Part shown: positions 27,584 to 37,438 of the stretch, one piece after another | Position numbering within the stretch: the first letter of the stretch is position 1 | Layout: the number at the start of each line of letters is the position of its first letter | IMG/VR virus record: IMGVR_UViG_3300030708_003143 | Coordinates: 1 to 38,721 of that record | Strand: one strand, 5' to 3' | From: a virus | Taxonomy: Duplodnaviria > Caudoviricetes | Length of the DNA stretch: 38,721 nt | Position numbers and translations under genes: made by a program | The notes under the pieces: generated by a model | Told to the model about the DNA's origin: nothing | Database searches by the model: none | What the model saw: only the letters and a program-made list of their open reading frames with translations

Positions 27584-30500
27584 TGGATAGTAAAAAAATA
27601 TATTGGGGAATTAGGGACGAAAGTGAAATCCCAAAGATGGCTGCCTGTGGTGATGGACAAGACCCACAAGGTGGTGGTGGTGCTGGTTCTGGAGGAAGTG
27701 GTGGTAGTGGAAGACCGAGTCCTGAAAAACCTAAAGGTCTTGGAAAATTTCCAAGTCTTGGTGACCTACTTGATAAGTTAAAAGATTTAGCACCATCACT
27801 TGCACTTGGAGCTCTTGCGGCAGCAGTGGTTGGTGGAGCAGTTGTATTTTTAAGAAAGAATAGAGAACCATCACCTGAAGAAATAGAAGCTGGTGATAAT
27901 GGATTGGACTTGGTTCCACCATTGAGAGTCGCAGGTAGGTCTGCTGAAGAAATAGCGGCTACAGAGATACCTGAATTTGATGGACAGCAGATTATAGATG
28001 ATGATGGTAATTTACTTGTTTGGAAAGAACCACCCGGCACTTGGGTAAATTTTGGACAACAAGATACATTAGTTCAACCAACAAAACAAACTAAAGAAGT
28101 ACCTGTATTCGCTGACTTTGAAGCAGAAATATTAGAAGTACACAATCAAGACGGAATCACAGTCAGTAAGACTTGGAGTGAGGGAGCTACTGAAGCTGGA
28201 CACATAGGACCTACTCAAGTAAATTTACAAACAAAATTCTCTAACTGGTATGTTGAATGGAACACACCACAGAATTTACACACATATCTAAGAAGTGGTG
28301 AATTCAATCGTTCACTAATTGTCAATCGTAAGGAAGATAGAGAAATATGGCCCGAATATCCATACGGAGTCGTTTATAAATTGTATCAACCATTAGCTGA
28401 TAATATACAAACTGGTGACCTTGTATATGTGGTAACGGAGATGTCTTCTCCATATGAGGAAAATGTTAAACTATTAGATTTTGTCGATGAATCCATTGAG
28501 GATGTGGTTTTGAGAAATCCAAAATGGGATACATCAGATGGAACGGTAGACAAATACTTTAGAGAAAGAGATACAAAATATAAAACCTATAGTGAATTGA
28601 CAACCTCGAATTCCACTCTAACAGATTTGATAGAAAATGAAATCGTTAGTGGTAGTTTCATGGATAGTGTGGAGTTAGATGGAATCGAATATGATGATTT
28701 TGATAACTTTATAAGATTTAGTTCAGCTGAAGATAGAGTTGTAAACTTCAAAAGAAAATTACAAAAGATAGAATTATTTCAAAGTCAAAGTGATAATCTC
28801 ATTGGAGTGGGTGGTTCCACAACAGGTGAATATACCGAATCGCTAAAAAGAGACATAAGAAAAATTAAAAACGAATTCACTCCATTTGAAAGTTATATGT
28901 ATTTCAAATCTTCAAGCTATTCAAGTGGTTCATTTGGAATTTCTCATGATAACGCATGGCCTAAGAAGAGTGGTACTGGAACTTTACTCGACCCATATGT
29001 TTTATATTCCGTTTCTGAATCTGTAGCCGAAAATTGGTATTCAAGACAGATAATAAGTGCTTCTGATTACGATAGGGATAATAGAGACGCATTATTATTA
29101 AACATTCCAGCTCATATTCGTGATGATGAACAAAATGATGCATTCACAACATTTATCAACATGACAGGTGAACATTTTGATTATATTTGGAGTTACATAC
29201 ATGAAATATCGAAAATTTATAATAGACAAGAAGGATTGGAAGTAGGACTCTCAAGGGATTTAATATATCATGTTGGTAGGTCATTTGGTTTTTACTTGAA
29301 CGATGGTAAAGACTTGGTGAGTTTACCTGAGTATATAGTCGGAGCAGCGGTAACAGGTTCCGATTCAACTTACTCCATATCTTCAGTAACACCTGAAAGG
29401 GATATATCAAGAGAAATTTGGAAAAGAATTTTGAACAACATGCCATTCTTTTTGAAAACTCGTGGAACCATTAGAGCATTCAAAGGTCTGATAAATTGTT
29501 ATGGTATACCGAGTTCAATACTTAGGGTTCGTGAGTATGGAGGCCCTAATCCTGATAAAAACAGACCATCTTACAACATAACAAGAAAATTTACAAAGGC
29601 TGTTGAATTCAAATCAGGTCAATATATACAGACCACTTGGGCAAATGATACCAATAGTGGAAGAAAGCCTGATACCATAGAGATGAGATTTAGGGCAGCC
29701 AGTGGTAGTAACCAAACCTTATGGCAAGCTGGAACAGACATCGCTTTGAGATTGGTAGATAATGGTTCTGCTGATAATTACGGAACAGTACAATTTTTCT
29801 TAGAGGGTGGTGCTAATCCTGACTTTACATTGTCATCAACTTCATTACCAATTTATGATGGTGAATTTTATTCCGTAATGTTAACACGAATGAGTGCTAG
29901 TATTGGTGATGGTGGTAAACATTATAGTGGTAGTTCTGCAGGACAATTGACAAGTGATACAACATCACAAAATATTTTATATAATCTTCATGTAGGTAGA
30001 TATGATTCGGGTTTACAAAGAACAATTTATAAATCTTGGACAAGTGGTAGCACATCAACCACAAGTGTAAACTCTGCATATGTTGGTAATGAAACAGCCT
30101 ACATAGGTGGTAAACCAAGTAATGATTTTGGTAATCAACTTAGTGGTAGTATCATGGAGTTTCGTTATTGGAATACTGCACTAAATAGTGGTTCGTTTGA
30201 CAATCATGTTGGGGCTCCGAAAGCCTTCGATGGAAACCACCCTTCTGCGTCTTATACTGATTTGGTATTAAGATATAGTTTTGATGACGACAAAAATCTT
30301 GACACATCAACGAGTATCCGTGATACAAGTGCTGACCAAAGTTATACAGCCGAAGGAACTGCCAACGGATATACAAGTGGTAATCGTCCACACTTCAAAT
30401 CTATTGTGGATGAACAGAAGGCAAAAGTTCCAAATTTAGGCCCGAACGCTAGAGTAGAAAACAAAATAAGAGTTGAGTCAAACAAATTGATGAGTAATCT

Positions 30501-31512
30501 TTCTGTAGATGAAAGGTCTGAAGTAAGTGCTTACGATTTAGCACCATTAGATAGTAATAAGGTTGGAATTTATTTTTCACCAAGTGATGTAATTACCGAA
30601 GATGTTATACTGAGTGTTGCTGATTTAGATTATGATGATTTTATCGGTGACCCAAGAGATAAATACAAAAGAAGATATAGACAATTAGAAGATGTAGCAA
30701 ATACATATTGGCAAAAATATAACTCACCAAACAATTTTTGGGATTATATTAGATTGATAAATTATTACGATGCCAGTCTATTTGACCAACTTAGAAATAT
30801 GGTTCCCGCTAGAGCCAACGCATCACTTGGTTTGTTGATTGAACCAAATATATTGGAAAGAAGAAAAGAAGTAATTGGTGCTAGACCAATTAAAGAACCA
30901 ATTAATGTAAGAGGTTCATTAGATGCTAACTTGAATAGAAGAGTAAGTGGTTCGATAATACCATTGACATCTTCAATCGATACAAGACAAAAACTTTTAG
31001 CTAGTGGTTCTTATTTGACTTACACTGGTTCATTAAGTGCAGCACCATCAGCATCAGGCGGAAAGTATCTTACATTTACTGGTTCGATTTCTGAAGATAT
31101 TTTTAGAACACCTGGTACATATGTACTTTCATCTTCATTTGATGGATGGGGTGGTGGAGAAGAAAAGTATGGTAATGTAAAATTCACCATTGGAGGTCCT
31201 GAATATGTATTTAGTGAAGCTCTACAACCAAACATAAGTGGTTCGAGGATATCCGAACACAATTATGAAAGAAGGTTTTTCTACACCACACAGGCAAGTG
31301 CTTCAGTTAACAATTACTTTTCATCTTCGTTGGTACGAAGTGACAAACAAAGTTTATTTTTAGATAATCAAATGTTTAGATTGACAATACTTGGTTCTAA
31401 ACAAACTAAATTTACTACATTAGATAAGGCAGAACCTGTAACGGTAGTGTTGACTTCACCCACAACTCTTATTACTAAGGAAACTGGTGAGTCTAAACTC
31501 GATGTATTATAG
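27583..31512 (+). CDS. large baseplate/tail protein with LamG-like domain
   Basis: FSSAEDRVVNF, LKTRGTIRAFKGLINCYGIP, LSGSIMEFRYWNTAL (LamG-like), GLLIEPNILER. Confidence 0.65.
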   Translation: MDSKKIYWGIRDESEIPKMAACGDGQDPQGGGGAGSGGSGGSGRPSPEKPKGLGKFPSLGDLLDKLKDLAPSLALGALAAAVVGGAVVFLRKNREPSPEEIEAGDNGLDLVPPLRVAGRSAEEIAATEIPEFDGQQIIDDDGNLLVWKEPPGTWVNFGQQDTLVQPTKQTKEVPVFADFEAEILEVHNQDGITVSKTWSEGATEAGHIGPTQVNLQTKFSNWYVEWNTPQNLHTYLRSGEFNRSLIVNRKEDREIWPEYPYGVVYKLYQPLADNIQTGDLVYVVTEMSSPYEENVKLLDFVDESIEDVVLRNPKWDTSDGTVDKYFRERDTKYKTYSELTTSNSTLTDLIENEIVSGSFMDSVELDGIEYDDFDNFIRFSSAEDRVVNFKRKLQKIELFQSQSDNLIGVGGSTTGEYTESLKRDIRKIKNEFTPFESYMYFKSSSYSSGSFGISHDNAWPKKSGTGTLLDPYVLYSVSESVAENWYSRQIISASDYDRDNRDALLLNIPAHIRDDEQNDAFTTFINMTGEHFDYIWSYIHEISKIYNRQEGLEVGLSRDLIYHVGRSFGFYLNDGKDLVSLPEYIVGAAVTGSDSTYSISSVTPERDISREIWKRILNNMPFFLKTRGTIRAFKGLINCYGIPSSILRVREYGGPNPDKNRPSYNITRKFTKAVEFKSGQYIQTTWANDTNSGRKPDTIEMRFRAASGSNQTLWQAGTDIALRLVDNGSADNYGTVQFFLEGGANPDFTLSSTSLPIYDGEFYSVMLTRMSASIGDGGKHYSGSSAGQLTSDTTSQNILYNLHVGRYDSGLQRTIYKSWTSGSTSTTSVNSAYVGNETAYIGGKPSNDFGNQLSGSIMEFRYWNTALNSGSFDNHVGAPKAFDGNHPSASYTDLVLRYSFDDDKNLDTSTSIRDTSADQSYTAEGTANGYTSGNRPHFKSIVDEQKAKVPNLGPNARVENKIRVESNKLMSNLSVDERSEVSAYDLAPLDSNKVGIYFSPSDVITEDVILSVADLDYDDFIGDPRDKYKRRYRQLEDVANTYWQKYNSPNNFWDYIRLINYYDASLFDQLRNMVPARANASLGLLIEPNILERRKEVIGARPIKEPINVRGSLDANLNRRVSGSIIPLTSSIDTRQKLLASGSYLTYTGSLSAAPSASGGKYLTFTGSISEDIFRTPGTYVLSSSFDGWGGGEEKYGNVKFTIGGPEYVFSEALQPNISGSRISEHNYERRFFYTTQASASVNNYFSSSLVRSDKQSLFLDNQMFRLTILGSKQTKFTTLDKAEPVTVVLTSPTTLITKETGESKLDVL

Positions 31513-31602
31513 TGAAAAATTTGATTTGAGTATATTTATAAGTAAGAAAGTTTTAATCTTATTTTGAATCCAAAACTACTCAAATCCTAAAGGAGAACAT
31601 AT

Positions 31603-32271
31603 ATGGGATTTTTAAATAATACCACAATCACGGTAGATGCAATACTTACGAAAAGAGGTCGTGAGTTATTAGCTCGTGGTAATAATGAATTTCAAGTTAC
31701 GAAATTCGCGTTAGCAGATGATGAGGTCGACTATCGTCTGTGGGATACTTCACATCCCAATGGAACAAATTATTATGGGGCAGTGATTGAAAACATGCCT
31801 CTTTTAGAACCTGTACCTGATGAAACTCAAGCTCTTAAGTACAAGTTGATTTCCTTACCAAAGGAAACTTCTCGTCTTCCAATATTGGATATAGCTGTAC
31901 CATCATTAACTTTCCAACAAGGGGGTGGAAATGGTGATTTGGTAAGTCCAGGTACATTGAATTCAACTGATGCTGATTTAGGATATACATTCCTAATTCA
32001 TGACACAAATGTTGCCAGACTACAAGTTGGTCAAGCAGCACCTGGTCAGACAGCACCATTAGTACCAGTTAATTTGAGTAGTGAAGAAATTACAAATTCT
32101 CAAAGTGTAGTTGGTTTGACAGCAAGAGTGATACCTCAAACCTTTACCTCACCTAATCAGAAAACAACACAATTGACAATCGTAGGTAATCAGACTGGAG
32201 CTACATCAACCATCACAGTAACCGTGAACAAAACAGTACTTGGTAGTCCGGGTAGTGGTGGTTCATCTTAA
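31603..32271 (+). CDS. conserved virion (tail/baseplate) protein
   Basis: AAGGAG RBS; DAILTKRGRELLA..TKFALADDEVDY. Confidence 0.7.
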   Translation: MGFLNNTTITVDAILTKRGRELLARGNNEFQVTKFALADDEVDYRLWDTSHPNGTNYYGAVIENMPLLEPVPDETQALKYKLISLPKETSRLPILDIAVPSLTFQQGGGNGDLVSPGTLNSTDADLGYTFLIHDTNVARLQVGQAAPGQTAPLVPVNLSSEEITNSQSVVGLTARVIPQTFTSPNQKTTQLTIVGNQTGATSTITVTVNKTVLGSPGSGGSS

Positions 32272-32287
32272 TCGTAGGAGTTAGAAA

Positions 32288-33331
32288 ATGGCATTAGCAG
32301 GAGCATATAAATTATTTGACCAAGAAAATGATGTAGTCAAAAACATCAAAGCCACAATATCAAGTGGTATTTGGAGTAGTGGAGCAAGCACATTATCAAG
32401 TGGTATGTTTTTCACACAATCTGCACAAAGTTCTTCAACTGGTAATTACTTTTTTGATGTATACAAAACAAGTCCAGCAACAGATAGTGAAGCAGAAATA
32501 CAATTTAGTTTAGCTTATGGACACTTACACGGAAGTGGTTCGAAAGGAACTGTCGGAGCAGCTACTGGTAATAGGTCATCAGCAGCCATACACGCACAAT
32601 TGGTAAACCTCTTATTACCACCAAATGTTGATAGATTTACTTACGCAAACTCTACTACATCTAAACACTTTTTTGTAATATCATTAAAGAGAGCACGGAT
32701 GAGAGAAAAGATGGATCCGGGTAATTGGGAATTACATCTTAGTGGAAGTTCTAAAAAGGTCGGAGACAACATCAGACTGATTGACGATAGTGAATCCACA
32801 ACAAATCCTGAAAGTGGAATTGGTGGAAGAGTGTTCAATGTTGTTACTGGTTCGATTTCAACTGGTACATCAGTAATAGAGACCGCAGCAGCTTCAAATC
32901 CTGGTGGTGGTTATGGATTATTCTATCCTGATTTAGGTTTGATTTTATTGAACGCTGATATTGTAAATGCCTCTGCATCTTTTACTGTAAACGAGACATC
33001 TAATACAATCAATACTAACACTTTAAACTTTTTCAAAAGTGTTAGAGACGCATCATACTTTCAAGCTCGTAGAGAAGAAAAACTTTCATCAACTCATTAC
33101 TTCGTAAGAGCTGGTAATAAAGAGTTTAACTTTAGTAACAATCCAACTTTCTTTACATCATCTACTGGTGATTTTACTCAACCTACTTTCTTTAAAGACC
33201 CAAAGGTTTACATAACAACCGTTGGTTTGTATAACGATAGTAATGAGTTATTAGCAGTGGCAAAGTTAAGTCAACCTGTATTGAAATCCTATTCTCGTGA
33301 GGCATTAATTAAAGTCAAACTTGATTTCTAA
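32288..33331 (+). CDS. conserved virion protein (paralog of 33348-34442)
   Basis: C-terminal YITTVGLYNDSNELLAVAKLSQP..VKLDF. Confidence 0.7.
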   Translation: MALAGAYKLFDQENDVVKNIKATISSGIWSSGASTLSSGMFFTQSAQSSSTGNYFFDVYKTSPATDSEAEIQFSLAYGHLHGSGSKGTVGAATGNRSSAAIHAQLVNLLLPPNVDRFTYANSTTSKHFFVISLKRARMREKMDPGNWELHLSGSSKKVGDNIRLIDDSESTTNPESGIGGRVFNVVTGSISTGTSVIETAAASNPGGGYGLFYPDLGLILLNADIVNASASFTVNETSNTINTNTLNFFKSVRDASYFQARREEKLSSTHYFVRAGNKEFNFSNNPTFFTSSTGDFTQPTFFKDPKVYITTVGLYNDSNELLAVAKLSQPVLKSYSREALIKVKLDF

Positions 33332-33347
33332 AACATAGGGGAGTGGA

Positions 33348-34442
33348 ATGATACTTAGAGATGTCCACCCACAAGATGTTTCAATAGAGCCATTCAAAAC
33401 CTTCAAAAAGTTTACTTTCACGAATATCGATAGTGGAAGTGGAGTATTCGCTCTTAAGGCAAATAGTGGGAGTTTATACAATTTTTCGACAGGTTCTGCT
33501 TTATCTCAAAGTATTGGTACATATAACGCTGATTCACAAAGTTTAGGAAAACCAAAGTCTACTTGGTATAGTGGTGGTACATTTTATAATAAACCAGTCT
33601 ACTATATGTTGAATCAGAATTTTTACGAAAACTATTCAGGTATACAAAAACTTCCCAAAGGTAGAAAAAAGATTGAACCATTTCTATCGTATGGGCCTTC
33701 AAATCCAAATAAAAACTTTCGTCAATTACATGCAAGTGCATCATTAATCACAATACCACAACAATTGATTGGTGAGGGTATCAAACCAAATTCTGTCAAA
33801 ATATTAGATAACATAAGTGATGTCACAACTGATATAAGAGATGATGGTGATGGTAATCTATACGATTTTGAATTTTCTTCGAGTTATGCTTCATATAAGG
33901 CAAGTTCATTCAAAACACAACCTGAAAGTAATGTCAGTTCAAGTGTAGTTATCGGTAATGTATTTTACAAACAAGGTTTAATAGTAATGACAAGTACAGG
34001 TTCAAGGTATTTGAACGCTTTTACTGGTGATATGGACAATGGATTTACCCTTAACTATCGTTCTACCCACACGATTTATCAGCACGAATATCGAGTAATT
34101 TCACCTATGGGAAAACATAATGCATCAATTAATCCAAGTGCTACATTAGGTAGGAGTGGAAGTTTTTCAGTTGGTGAGGGGATTAGTAAAAAAGATTATA
34201 CATTCTTTCCACCCAGTGACAACCCAAGTGGTGGATTTAATTCTACAGGTTCTTTCAAATCATTCTATGAAGCAACTCAACACTACGAAAACTTTGTAAC
34301 TCATAGTGAATTTCGACCTTACATAACCACAATAGGTCTTTACAACGATGCTGGAGAGTTACTCGTTGTGGGACGCACATCACACCCAATCAAAAATGAT
34401 GACAAAATGGATATGAGTTTTGTTGTCAGATTTGATGTTTAG
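33348..34442 (+). CDS. conserved virion protein (paralog of 32288-33331)
   Basis: C-terminal YITTIGLYNDAGELLVVGRTSHP..VRFDV. Confidence 0.7.
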   Translation: MILRDVHPQDVSIEPFKTFKKFTFTNIDSGSGVFALKANSGSLYNFSTGSALSQSIGTYNADSQSLGKPKSTWYSGGTFYNKPVYYMLNQNFYENYSGIQKLPKGRKKIEPFLSYGPSNPNKNFRQLHASASLITIPQQLIGEGIKPNSVKILDNISDVTTDIRDDGDGNLYDFEFSSSYASYKASSFKTQPESNVSSSVVIGNVFYKQGLIVMTSTGSRYLNAFTGDMDNGFTLNYRSTHTIYQHEYRVISPMGKHNASINPSATLGRSGSFSVGEGISKKDYTFFPPSDNPSGGFNSTGSFKSFYEATQHYENFVTHSEFRPYITTIGLYNDAGELLVVGRTSHPIKNDDKMDMSFVVRFDV

Positions 34443-34535
34443 TCAATATATATTATATTTATTATAACTAAATAAAGTCTACAGCCTGTTTGTCCAAAGA
34501 GGTTACATTCAACATATTATAGAGAGGAAGCGTTA

Positions 34536-37223
34536 ATGCGGAATTTGATACTAAGTATTCTGATGGTGTCGGGTCTTCTGGCACAAACACCTATTATCAG
34601 AGTGCTTCAAAGTAGGGAATACAAGACTCCATCAACTTGGTGGAGAGAACCCTTGACATTCAATTTGAGAGGATATTTAGCCGATGATACTACTGGTATG
34701 TCGACTTCAAATACTGCTTCAGGTGTTGCACTTTACAATAACAATTTCGATACTTGGAGAGATTCAGTAATGACATTAGCCATAACCATCGATGATGATG
34801 GAGCTGATGTTACTGCATTTAGAATAGATTTAGTTTTTGATAATGATTTAATAACTTGGTCACATGATTCAACGAGAGTTGAAAAGGGTACATATCTTGG
34901 TGGATTCACGGAAGGAGATAGTTCGGCTGGTGCTGACTATTCATATGAAGTAGTACACTATGAAGATGTCGGTTATACTGATTCGTTAGCTAATGCTGGT
35001 AATGAAATATCAGTTGAAGATGAGAGATACGATTGGTTAAGAGTTACGATGGTCTCTCATAATGGTAATGAGATGACATTTGGTAATGGAGCTGGTACTC
35101 AGACCGAGTTGGTAAAATTCCACTTCAAGATTGATGATGTGGTTGATAACTTCGCACCTCGTTCATTTAGAGTACCCACCCTATATAGTGGACAAACAGG
35201 ATATTATACCTATGTAACAGATGGTTTCTACGCTACGGATTACAAACTTTATATTGACGGCAATGTTGGAACTCACGGCAACGGAGTTGGAAATGGACGA
35301 GGTGACATCTCCTTACATCCCAAATTATTAGATGTTGAAGGATACTTTAGATACCCTCAAAGGAATGGTATAACTGATGACAAGACATATCCTTATTGGA
35401 AAATAAAATTTGAATTAGACCAAAGTAATCCTGAAGATTTTTCAAATTGGTATAACATTGAAGACATAGATACCACTACGAGTCTTACTGATGAAAGTCT
35501 TAATGATGATGTCATTGGTGATTCTGAAAGTACATATTGGTTTGGTAATCTTGGTACAGGTAATACTGGATATGGTACTCTACCAGGTGAGGGATATCTG
35601 AATTTGAGTTATTACGATTCTACATTTGTGGATGATAGAGGATACTTCAATATAAAACTTCCAAGAAATAATTACTACAGAATGTCGTTCTTTCCACCTG
35701 ATAGTGCTGATGATATCGGTGACCATAATCAGTTGGAGTTAGATAGATATGGAATTACAAATATAAATGATGCAATAGCTTCTTTCAACTTTCAAAGTAA
35801 CAAATATAAATCTATTGTTGGTGTTGATACACTTTCTGCCGTAAGTTATTTTATAGGAGATGTGGACGGAGATGATTTGTATCAATTAAATGATTCTTAC
35901 ATCCTATGGGCTTATGTATCACAGATATTAGATAACTACACACATCTAAATGGTAACTCTTACGAGGATTGGTCTACTATAGAAGTATTCAGAGAAGATA
36001 ATGAACCATTTGATTATGAGTATTATCAAGAATGGGGTAATCAAAAATATGAGTTCAGCGTTTTTTGGGACAAAGATTTCAACCAAGATACTACATTGAA
36101 CTTTGGATTAATCGAAGTAACAAATCCTTTGATGAACACCATACAGACTGGATTGGATACATTATCATTTGTATTATATAATGGTAATTCAGCTTGGATG
36201 AGTGAGGTCAATCCTGATACTACCTTAGATAGTATCCTTTACTTTTTTACTGGTGATGTAAATGCGAGTGGAACAAAAGTCAGAGAGGCTGTATTTCGTT
36301 CAACAAGTGATACTGATGTTGTAGCACCACAGAATCAAGATGGATATATTGATGTCAATGGAACCACATATTATAGATGGGGTGAAGGTGACCCACCAGC
36401 ACAATGGCTGGCAAGGATAGCACAACAAAACTACGATGTCACATTATCATTACCTCGTGACTCAACTGTAAGAGTACAATCGGGTAATGAAATAGTAGTA
36501 CCTTTGACAATCACTCCTAAATTTGGTAACAAAATAGCAGGATTTGAATTTGAAATAAAATTTAACGAAAAAGAATTAAAGTTTATTGATATGAAAACCG
36601 ATGTGTTACCAGGACCTTGGTTTACATATGTTAATGTTCATGAACCAGTAGGTGATTGGAGAAAGGTAAGTTTTGGTGGAATGGATTACTCACCTAATAA
36701 TTCACCTGAAAGATATTATATCACATCTGCTATCAATGGTATTGAGTTGATATTTGAAGCTGAATTTCCTGATGCTGAATGGACATCGGCACCTATAGAA
36801 TTTGTAGGTAAACATGCAGCTGGAAATCCAAGTGGTGATGATTTATTGATGGAAAGACAAGATGGTGAGGTATTAGTTTGGAACAAATTTTGGGCATTTG
36901 GTGGTGGAGAACCTGAAAATGATGACATAGCCTATAATTATCCGAATCCATTTACTAATACAACTACATTTCAATTCTTTATGGAAAAACAAGAACAAGC
37001 TAAAATTTATATTTTGAATTCTAATGGTCAATATATTGGAACTCTATTAGACGAGGTAGTAGATAAAGGAATACATACTTTCAGTTTTGATAATAAGCCA
37101 GGTTCATGGTTACCTGAAGTGAGTGTGTATCAAGAACACATGGAGTTGGAACCCGGTGTTTATATATTTGTATTAGAATCAAAAAATAGAATTCGTTCAA
37201 ATAAATTTACAATTGTAAAATAG
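34536..37223 (+). CDS. secreted protein with cohesin-like and dockerin-like modules and a T9SS type A / FlgD-like C-terminal domain
   Basis: Signal peptide ending LLA|Q; cohesin-like VVPLTI..IAGFEFEIKFNEKELKF; GDVDGDD and GDVNASG loops; NYPNPFTNTT..IYILNSNGQ..PGVYIFVL..KFTIVK. Confidence 0.75.
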   Translation: MRNLILSILMVSGLLAQTPIIRVLQSREYKTPSTWWREPLTFNLRGYLADDTTGMSTSNTASGVALYNNNFDTWRDSVMTLAITIDDDGADVTAFRIDLVFDNDLITWSHDSTRVEKGTYLGGFTEGDSSAGADYSYEVVHYEDVGYTDSLANAGNEISVEDERYDWLRVTMVSHNGNEMTFGNGAGTQTELVKFHFKIDDVVDNFAPRSFRVPTLYSGQTGYYTYVTDGFYATDYKLYIDGNVGTHGNGVGNGRGDISLHPKLLDVEGYFRYPQRNGITDDKTYPYWKIKFELDQSNPEDFSNWYNIEDIDTTTSLTDESLNDDVIGDSESTYWFGNLGTGNTGYGTLPGEGYLNLSYYDSTFVDDRGYFNIKLPRNNYYRMSFFPPDSADDIGDHNQLELDRYGITNINDAIASFNFQSNKYKSIVGVDTLSAVSYFIGDVDGDDLYQLNDSYILWAYVSQILDNYTHLNGNSYEDWSTIEVFREDNEPFDYEYYQEWGNQKYEFSVFWDKDFNQDTTLNFGLIEVTNPLMNTIQTGLDTLSFVLYNGNSAWMSEVNPDTTLDSILYFFTGDVNASGTKVREAVFRSTSDTDVVAPQNQDGYIDVNGTTYYRWGEGDPPAQWLARIAQQNYDVTLSLPRDSTVRVQSGNEIVVPLTITPKFGNKIAGFEFEIKFNEKELKFIDMKTDVLPGPWFTYVNVHEPVGDWRKVSFGGMDYSPNNSPERYYITSAINGIELIFEAEFPDAEWTSAPIEFVGKHAAGNPSGDDLLMERQDGEVLVWNKFWAFGGGEPENDDIAYNYPNPFTNTTTFQFFMEKQEQAKIYILNSNGQYIGTLLDEVVDKGIHTFSFDNKPGSWLPEVSVYQEHMELEPGVYIFVLESKNRIRSNKFTIVK

Positions 37224-37231
37224 GAGAGGAC

Positions 37232-37330
37232 ATGAAGGAATTACTAATTTTATTAGGACTATTAATTTTTTCAACATTAATAATGAGAGGTTTAGCTAAA
37301 TTATCAGAATGGCAAGCTAAAAGAAAATAA
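37232..37330 (+). CDS. micro membrane protein, 32 aa (MKELLILLGLLIFSTLIMRGLAKLSEWQAKRK), not in the ORF track
   Basis: AGGAGAGGA RBS; single TM helix. Confidence 0.65.
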   Translation: MKELLILLGLLIFSTLIMRGLAKLSEWQAKRK

Positions 37331-37438
37331 ATGAAGGACACAATAATTTTTTTAGGATTTATATTTGCAATACTACCAGCAATTTATTATACTTTAAAGT
37401 TAATAATTTGGTGGACTGAAAAGATGGAAGGAAAATGA
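37331..37438 (+). CDS. micro membrane protein, 35 aa (MKDTIIFLGFIFAILPAIYYTLKLIIWWTEKMEGK), not in the ORF track
   Basis: Abuts the previous stop; ATGA overlap with the next gene. Confidence 0.65.
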   Translation: MKDTIIFLGFIFAILPAIYYTLKLIIWWTEKMEGK

